Origin: Candidatus Omnitrophota bacterium
GTDB lineage: Bacteria > Omnitrophota > Omnitrophia > Omnitrophales > Aquincolibacteriaceae
Assembly: GCA_028713205.1 (NCBI GenBank)
Contig: JAQTOZ010000001.1
Span: forward strand, 1-49,512
Direction of reading: 5' to 3'
Length of the DNA: 49,512 bases
The notes under the pieces are model-generated. The model saw only the letters and a list, made by a program, of their open reading frames with translations, was not told the DNA's origin and did no database searches. Positions 47,301 to 49,512 of the stretch are shown piece by piece. The stretch's first letter is position 1. Each line of letters starts with the position of its first letter. The translations under genes were made by a program, and so were the position numbers.

Positions 47301-49512
47301 AACGAATTATAACGGGCCTGATTCATTTACATTCCGGGTTTATGACGGTGAAGATTATTCGGAGGCTGCGACGATCGATTTGGACCTGGTCGCGATCAAT
47401 GACGCACCGGTGGCACAAGATGTGGAAGCGACAATGGACGAGGATACGGATTTCATTTTTTCGTTGAGCGACATGGTCGGCGACATCGATACGGAGATGG
47501 CGGGACTGCATTTGTATTTTGCGAACCAACCGGAGCATGGCGGGATCATCGTGGACTATGATTCGGGCGAGTTCATTTATGTTCCGGATGCGGATTGGAA
47601 CGGGACGGAAGTGATCCGGTATGTGGTTTCGGACGGCGATAAAACGTCGGAGGAGCGGCAGATCGTTATTCATGTCGCGAATGTCAACGATGCCCCGGAG
47701 GCGGATGCCGTCAGTGCGGAGACGAATGAAGATGCGGTATTGACGGGGCAGTTGACGGGAACCGATGCGGATGGAAATGCATTGTCGTACGCATTGGTGG
47801 GCCAAGCGGCGCATGGGGTGGTGGTCATGAATGCGGACGGAAGCTATACGTATACTCCGGCGGCAAATTTCAACGGGACGGACAGTTTTACGTTTAAGGT
47901 CAATGACGGGACGGTCGATTCCGGGACGGTCACGGTTTCTCTGACGATCCAATCCGTGAACGATGCTCCGGTGATGACACCCATTGAGGACCGGGAAGTG
48001 AACGAAGACGGAACGGTGAGTTTTACCGTCGAAGCCGATGACATCGATGAAGATTCGTTATCATTATCGGCGCTTGATTTGCCTGCGGGTGCGACGTTTG
48101 ATTCTGAGACAGGTGTGTTTAGCTGGAAGCCCGGCTATGATCAGGCAGGGACCTACGCCCTCCGATTCAAAGTAAACGACGGCCATTTGAATGTGACCCA
48201 GGATGTGATCATTACGGTCAATAATGTGAACCGTGCACCGGTGATCACGCCAGTTGATCCGCAAGTGGTGGATGAAGACTCAGCCCTTAATTTTACGGTA
48301 AGCGCCAATGATCCCGACGGCGGGGCGTTGACACTCTCAGCGCTTGATTTGCCGGAAGGCGCGGCCTTTGATCCGGCGACGGGCGTGTTTAGCTGGAAGC
48401 CCGGATACAATCAAGCCGGAACTTATACGGTGAAATTCCGTGTGACCGATGGTGATTTAACGGGTGAGATCTCGGTTGAGATTACGGTCCATAATGTGAA
48501 CCGCGCACCCGTGATTACGCCGGTTGACCCTCAGATGGTGGACGAAGACTCGGACCTTAATTTTACGGTGAGCGTGAACGATCCCGATGGCGGGGCGCTG
48601 ACCCTATCTGCGCTTGATTTGCCGGAAGGCGCGGCCTTTGATCCGGCGACGGGCGTGTTTAGCTGGAAGCCCGGGTATGATCAGGCCGGAACTTATACGG
48701 TGAAGTTCCGCGTCACGGACGGTGATTTAACGGGTGAGCTTGAAGTCGAGATCACGGTCAATAATGTGAATCGTGTTCCGGTTGCTCACGATATTGAAGT
48801 GACCGTTAACGAAGATCAAACTCTGGCGTTTGATTTACCGGAAGGGTTTGATTTGGACGGGGATCAATTAATGTATTTGCTTGTCAGCGGTCCCGGACAC
48901 GGCGGGATTACCTTTGCGGAACCGGAGAATGAACCTTATACGCGAAAGATGCTCTATATTCCTGATGAAAATTTTGAAGGAACGGATACGTTCACTTTCG
49001 AGATTTATGACGGTCAAGAGTTATCGAATACGGCAACGGTGACAATCAGGGTCAATGGGCTGAACGATGCCCCCATGATTCAGCCGGTTGAACCGCAAAC
49101 AGTTCATGAGGACAGTGACTTACATTTTGCGATTCACACAACCGATCCCGACCTGGGAGATCTTTTAACCTTGTCCGCGCTTGATTTGCCGGATGGCGCG
49201 GCCTTTGATCCGGCGACGGGCGTGTTTAGCTGGAAGCCCGGGTATGAACAGTCCGGAACTTATACGGTGAAGTTTCGAGTCACGGATGGTGATTTGACGG
49301 ATGAAATTGAAGTTGAGATCACGGTCAATAATGTGAACCGTGCACCGGTGATCACGCCGGTTGATCCGCAAGTGGTGGATGAAGACTCAGACCTTAATTT
49401 TACGGTGAGCGCGAATGATCCCGACGGAGGGGCGTTGACACTCTCAGCGCTTGATTTGCCGGAAGGCGCGGCCTTTGATCCGGCGACGGGCGTGTTCGGC
49501 TGGAAGCCCGGT
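35308..49512 (+). CDS. Giant secreted multi-domain surface/adhesin-like protein, 3'-partial (>=4735 codons, no stop in window)
   Basis: Frame +1 coincides with every 60-nt line start. It has an in-frame TGA at 35284-35286, ATG at 35308, and no stop through 49512 in my line-by-line translation. The ORF track contains no frame +1 ORF anywhere in 35.3-49.5 kb, as expected for one ORF lacking a stop. The translation gives coherent domains (signal peptide, JAB-like, YWTD blades, VNDAP- and He_PIG-type modules). Confidence 0.88.
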   Translation, partial: MTRSKYNKILAFLLSITLSFFSVPVCPAGANVDDRGSLSSVPGSAPVPTTPILPGGSPVPQTPESPQLPVSDGMFSEQFGDWGTPQPMQDEEDLKTEEEKQELKEAVEEKQPAAELATEEKEEEKNYTESERTAEGRVQFGSAINMNDATFEVIDVSPEGIEEIKENLEAFRSYEDAEQVFACVDDGGSMECFYGTSGEEENAHFHQMISEYLSDKTTLFVLHNHPYDNEGLPTPSDTDYQLAVQGDLWEAVGNVNGWEKYGHDGDQGEIADETIIERLKELMAVYGQTKDPLAAKETRNELNGLLTYVDQFRELQKTLGETEPGVVYRAAEKPVAQDQYVTMKEDAIQTGQLTATGSGILTYYLSQGPQHGTVTVDPNGSYVYQPDANYNGTDAFSFVAKNNLGFGSTIEDFKTNLSNPNGLEFDYEHGWVYWCETGSGSIKRARIDGTGSVTTLASVGGIPADLKLDLANGKIYWRDTAMKAIRRINIDGSGTAATVVGPSQISDIREIQLDVQGGRIYWSDYGSYNGIRSCRLDGTDVRTILSGFKAFSFTLDVPNGKIYYQKFTRWGDPMPLMRSNLNGTVSETVLSTMPSSSGMTISDGYIYWSGSYVDDNAVQRVKLSSANPANIETVVRSVMGCLADSLWLDSRNGYLYWTDTLTGKIKRVSFGTVSNPATVTMNIAPVNDAPVARADNYAVNEDANGGLVTGSANGVLANDTNPDGHALAVQLASGPSHGTLQLNSDGTFTYVPNTHFYGTDTFQYYASYEAYGTPQDLTRWSSTSANDLVVANGKMYTFDGQNGSITVANINGSGRTTLISSSALGGKAVYNLAVDQVNGKIYWIDSSNKIRWANLDGSGVANLPVTISATNISKAQLKIDTVNQKILWTSTNYIYCANLNGTGQRALGYTLSPYPIESLAIDAQNNKLYWSGHSNFQDTFPGTNLFRVNLSNLYSGTVVEEVVVKNVEAKSIEIAGGKLYYTTWENGTQSGSSVKRVDSLAATNLLDSDTVTVVSHATGVSGQRTIKGDIQAASDGTVYWLEQEAAGSSPTVIRKVSCPARTDPATVTIDIAPVNDAPVATPPAVGVVLAVGTNITLGGSDVDGDMLSYVIVAGQTSGRTGHGTWQQYDPSDSSKIRYVPDANYEGADSFTYKVWDGKAYSAVVTVNFTVDAVCPVIRITSSNEINQPGTYVLTFMVDGVAESASGDALRALRLPPGNLTEGYNDFQIVRRDVAGNETRLTFRITVDTVPPTVTVSGIVNDSVVNSRDATLTMGGDGVVAYKIIKFDTWDWSDGGLVSQPYYFRNLSEGRHSVSVIGKDAIGNWQTTPTVITWTVDTVPPTVTVSGIVNNSVVNSKDATITMGGVGVVAYKIKWNDWPDYLDGGLVSQPYHFYNLPEGRNTISVIGKDAAGNWQTTPTVINWTVDTVPPTAVISGAPPAQTTVTDATLTISGDQVTAYKFKLDSGNYSAETAAGTPITLHGLSEGQHAVSVLARDAAGNWQAAPTQVSWTILPRERVVQTLPSVGSDGGVQRVIVAEIYDAAGAKTYSARVQKQNADGSYQTLREYAIASYGAIQVVDTTWQKTSYFVATATDGRNLTFGYLEPKPSGTKNSFEDVDGRMIYRSGQITIGYAGGENFMADLSGAVPYAKITHSNGQSGSQYRDVAVYHYTQTAPAGKKLLFQYQDGPASSNWSPIYNVYGILELSAKADPLVGDENIPVTGKITVTDPDGDNITYTLLSNPAHGTVTFDAAGNYTFNPTAHWYGSDTFQVRVSDGKATLTVKIPVTINMKANPPAIVTIPNQNVNEGSTLNVNINASSQEPGASGLNVSAVMVNASGQEVVLPNWMQLVTNADGTKKLAVTPGHDASGTYKLRVKAQDTAGQAQVDFTLTINNVAVPPVMTPVTEKNTNEGTELSIGLTALSRDPNAGDLIFNAVLLDANGQEIPLPDWLNFSKLASRNPRTGEITWYLIAAPGHDASGTYRIRAKATDLAGEAQTDFTLTINNVAVPPVMTPIPDQNISEGTTLDVNISAQSQDPGAGELTVSAVMLNEQGQEVALPGWMQVSSNADGSWELVVSPGHNDAGSYSIRVKATDLAGEAQTEFALTVNDVVNTPVADPLTVTINEDSPYTGQLTGTGENLTFHLAQPPAHGTVVLNLDGTFTYTPAGDYSGDDTFTYYAETGSVEGPENFADAFTNPAHPIVNPADGFTYWVENGQALMRKKSDGTGSVEEVFRFPYGAYQEMSEITLDTGRGRIYYTDNTGYGMGILKWLDLSDNSLHVLSTQSGLKSQLTYDAANNQVLWYDAGGGRIRGISVDDPDGPVRTIIDWSYNAGVGHTYAIGGGKIYWQTVGDENVKLKCANLTGPFPIPDSQHTVLLNSVHFASSMAVDAEGGKVYWMHGHDQSIQRLTLNGGNVETVVPSLSPYSYTMLNLSFDETNGDLYWANTTGHPTIQRAGTIPPSAPAAATFHVTQVPDAPVITPVDPQTVDENQTLQFTVHASDPDQGDVLSFSVEHMPDGAMFDPATGVFTWQPGADAGRTDPYIVHLIVTDQDGLISTIDVRITVNNVNQTPVADAKQVEGTEDVSQVIVLSGTDDDGDDLTYEIVGGPGHGTLSCDGNRCTYTPAANYNGHDSFTYRVYDGTEYSEIAAVDIDLVAVNDAPVARDAEGTADEDNEFVYRLSDLISDIDTAMSGLRIFGASQPMHGGIIIDYDNGEFIYVPDENWHGTEVFQYIVTDGEKTSQIKQIVIHVASVNDTPEANAVSAETNEDAVLTGQLTAEDVDGDALTYSLVGQSEHGTVVVNADGSYAYTPAANYNGTDSFTFKVNDGTVDSEAVTVSLTIKSVNDVPAGNPMDAETDEDGQVTGQLTASDPEGDALTYSLVGQAAHGTVVVNADGSYTYTPAANYNGTDFFAFIVNDGKANSEPVTVSLTVKSVNDAPVADAVNEATDEDEAITGQLTATDIDEDTLTYLLVAQAGHGTVVIHPDGSYTYTPVTDFSGADSFTFKVNDGKTDSAEVTVHIRIDAVNDAPVVQDREVTIGEDGDVFFELSTLVSDVDSAAGDFIYLMAKGPEHGGIAWDTETGSIVYVPDADWNGTDSFTFYVSDGDKISREARFTVKIDAVNDAPVADGGSAETDEDAVLTGQLTASDVEGDALTYSLVGQAAHGTVVVNADGSYTYTPVTNFNGTDSFTFKVNDGTVDSEAVTVSLTIKSVNDAPVMTPIEDQEVDENGTVRFTVEAQDEDGSALTLSALDMPEGAAFDFATGVFSWKPGYEQAGTYTVRFRVTDGELAADIDVNITVNNVNRAPVITPVDPQVVDENSDLDFTVSANDPDGGALTLSAFDLPEGATFDSATGVFSWKPGYNQAGTYTVKFRVTDGDLTDEISVEITVNNVNRPPVITPIEDQEVDENGTVRFTVEAQDEDGSALTLSALDMPEGAAFDFATGVFSWKPGYEQAGTYTVRFRVTDGELAAEMNVNITVNNVNRPPVITPIEDQEVSENSPVTFTVSGTDPDQGTQLTFSALDLPEGATFDSATGVFNWTPGFEAAGEYTLTFKISDGEAEVTETVKITVENVNRIPVVGTQQVEGAEDTVQSIVLSGTDSDGDTLTYEIVGNPEHGTLSCDGNRCTYTPAANYNGHDSFTFRAFDGTDYSEPAAIDLNLTAVNDAPVANDVEVSVNEDTDLIYQLSDMVGDIDTEMAGLHLYFANQPEHGGIVVDYDSGEFIYVPDADWIGTEVIRYVASDGDKTSEERQIVIHVANVNDAPVITPIPDQTVAEDGTLTFTVGVSDSDEGDPLTLSIEGLPAGATFDVGTKTFSWQPGYDQAGTYTVRIRATDGDLTDEIDVNITVNNVNRAPVITPVDPQVVDEDSDLNFTVSANDPDGGVLTLSALDLPEGAAFDPATGVFSWKPGYNQAGSHTVRFQVTDGDLTSEISVEITVHNVNRPPEAQAQQVEGAEDAPQVIVLSGSDNDQDHLTYEIVDGPEHGAINCDGNRCTYTPATNYNGPDSFTFRVYDGEDYSEAATIDLDLVAINDAPVAQDVEATMDEDTDFIFSLSDMVGDIDTEMAGLHLYFANQPEHGGIIVDYDSGEFIYVPDADWNGTEVIRYVVSDGDKTSEERQIVIHVANVNDAPEADAVSAETNEDAVLTGQLTGTDADGNALSYALVGQAAHGVVVMNADGSYTYTPAANFNGTDSFTFKVNDGTVDSGTVTVSLTIQSVNDAPVMTPIEDREVNEDGTVSFTVEADDIDEDSLSLSALDLPAGATFDSETGVFSWKPGYDQAGTYALRFKVNDGHLNVTQDVIITVNNVNRAPVITPVDPQVVDEDSALNFTVSANDPDGGALTLSALDLPEGAAFDPATGVFSWKPGYNQAGTYTVKFRVTDGDLTGEISVEITVHNVNRAPVITPVDPQMVDEDSDLNFTVSVNDPDGGALTLSALDLPEGAAFDPATGVFSWKPGYDQAGTYTVKFRVTDGDLTGELEVEITVNNVNRVPVAHDIEVTVNEDQTLAFDLPEGFDLDGDQLMYLLVSGPGHGGITFAEPENEPYTRKMLYIPDENFEGTDTFTFEIYDGQELSNTATVTIRVNGLNDAPMIQPVEPQTVHEDSDLHFAIHTTDPDLGDLLTLSALDLPDGAAFDPATGVFSWKPGYEQSGTYTVKFRVTDGDLTDEIEVEITVNNVNRAPVITPVDPQVVDEDSDLNFTVSANDPDGGALTLSALDLPEGAAFDPATGVFGWKPG
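35701..36180 (+). other. RadC-like JAB/MPN metallopeptidase-like domain inside the giant protein
   Basis: ...EQVFACVDDGGSMECFYGTSGEEENAHFHQMISEYLSDKTTLFVLHNHPYDNEGLPTPSDTDYQLAV... This compares with the RadC/JAMM signature HNHPSGxxxPSxxD (HxH...S..D). Confidence 0.6.
36565..37320 (+). repeat. YWTD (LDL-receptor class B type) six-bladed beta-propeller 1
   Basis: Six ~40-aa blades centred on GWVYWCE, GKIYWRD, GRIYWSD, GKIYYQK, GYIYWSG, GYLYWTD. Each is followed by an x-I-x-R-x-x-L/I-D/N-G-S/T strand. Confidence 0.65.
37660..38478 (+). repeat. YWTD-type six-bladed beta-propeller 2
   Basis: Blades centred on GKMYTFD, GKIYWID, QKILWTS, NKLYWSG, GKLYYTT, GTVYWLE. Confidence 0.6.
39043..39840 (+). 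repeat. Three tandem 267-bp (89-aa) Ig-like repeats starting VDTVPPT
   Basis: gtggatacggtaccgccgacgg recurs at 39043, 39310 and 39577, an exact 267-bp period. Each unit ends ...GNWQTTPTVI(T/N)WTVDT. Confidence 0.8.
40684..41640 (+). repeat. Three tandem He_PIG/dystroglycan-type cadherin-like modules (105-112 aa variant)
   Basis: Units PPAIVTIPNQNVNEGSTL..., PPVMTPVTEKNTNEGTEL..., PPVMTPIPDQNISEGTTL... Each contains GQE(V/I)xLPxW(M/L) and ends GHDASGTYxxRxKAxDxAGxAQxxFTLT(I/V)N. Confidence 0.7.
41905..42672 (+). repeat. YWTD-type six-bladed beta-propeller 3
   Basis: Blades centred on GFTYWVE, GRIYYTD, NQVLWYD, GKIYWQT, GKVYWMH, GDLYWAN. Confidence 0.6.
42720..49512 (+). repeat. Array of ~25 tandem 90-95-aa modules: ~12 He_PIG-type (NVNRxPVITP...) and ~13 VNDAP-type Ig/cadherin-like ('tandem-95'/Big_9-like)
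   Basis: Module boundaries are marked by recurring ...ITVNNVNR(A/P)PVITP... and ...(K/D)(S/A)VNDAP(V/E)A... every ~270-285 bp. Order read from translation: A, B x7, A x4, B x2, A x2, B x3, A x3, B, A, A(partial). Confidence 0.8.

Noticed and set aside
35235-49371. About 45 minus-strand ORFs (e.g. 37744..38688, 40264..40848, 45457..46056, 47323..47952) and a dozen short plus-strand ORFs listed by the track across the last 14 kb
   Set aside because: All are antisense to, or out of frame with, the uninterrupted frame +1 ORF. Their translations are Arg/His/Ile/Pro-rich low-complexity strings, the mirror image of GAT/GAC/ACG/GGN-rich sense codons. They have no recognisable motifs, whereas frame +1 gives coherent domains throughout.
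42720-49512. Regular ~270-285-bp DNA periodicity that could be mistaken for a CRISPR array, satellite or mobile-element repeats
   Set aside because: The units are far longer than CRISPR repeats and have no unique spacers between short repeats. They stay in one reading frame and translate to Ig/cadherin-like protein modules. Differences between copies are biased to synonymous sites.

Overview
Bacterial chromosomal window, probably from an uncultivated lineage, with no rRNA, tRNA, CRISPR or transposase that I can support. 0-9.3 kb holds housekeeping and membrane genes: gpmA, an APC permease, a signal-peptide-bearing archaemetzincin-like protease, yjbQ, an RlmD-like methyltransferase, an ICMT-DUF1232 fusion, mntP, and an ATP-grasp / transglutaminase-7TM pair. 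9.3-25.7 kb is a surface-glycan-style accessory region with three minus-strand gene sets. The first is B12-radical-SAM + DegT + GT2. The second is an alternating GT / radical SAM / GT / radical SAM / GT operon. The third is a decarboxylase-cupin-SDR-C-methyltransferase sugar-nucleotide cassette; its first enzyme carries an N-terminal ribbon-helix-helix domain and sits behind three phased TTTGTATATACAAA-type palindromes overlapping a TTGACA promoter. This region is interrupted by a secreted-protein/YHS-permease pair and a REC-GGDEF-EAL gene. 25.9-34.7 kb holds a CheY-like regulator, an m5C rRNA methyltransferase, a CIRCE-controlled groEL-groES-groEL operon, coaX, a short birA, alr and tsaB. Main finding: from 35308 to the window end the ORF track lists only antisense or out-of-frame ORFs, yet frame +1 is open for all 14,205 nt. 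It encodes one giant, 3'-truncated secreted protein of at least 4735 aa. Its order is signal peptide, acidic linker, RadC-like JAB/MPN domain, three six-bladed YWTD (LDL-receptor class B type) beta-propellers interleaved with Ig/cadherin-like modules, an unassigned ~200-aa domain, and then about 25 tandem 90-95-aa modules in higher-order repeats with near-identical DNA copies. All family assignments come from motif reading by eye; no database search was run.
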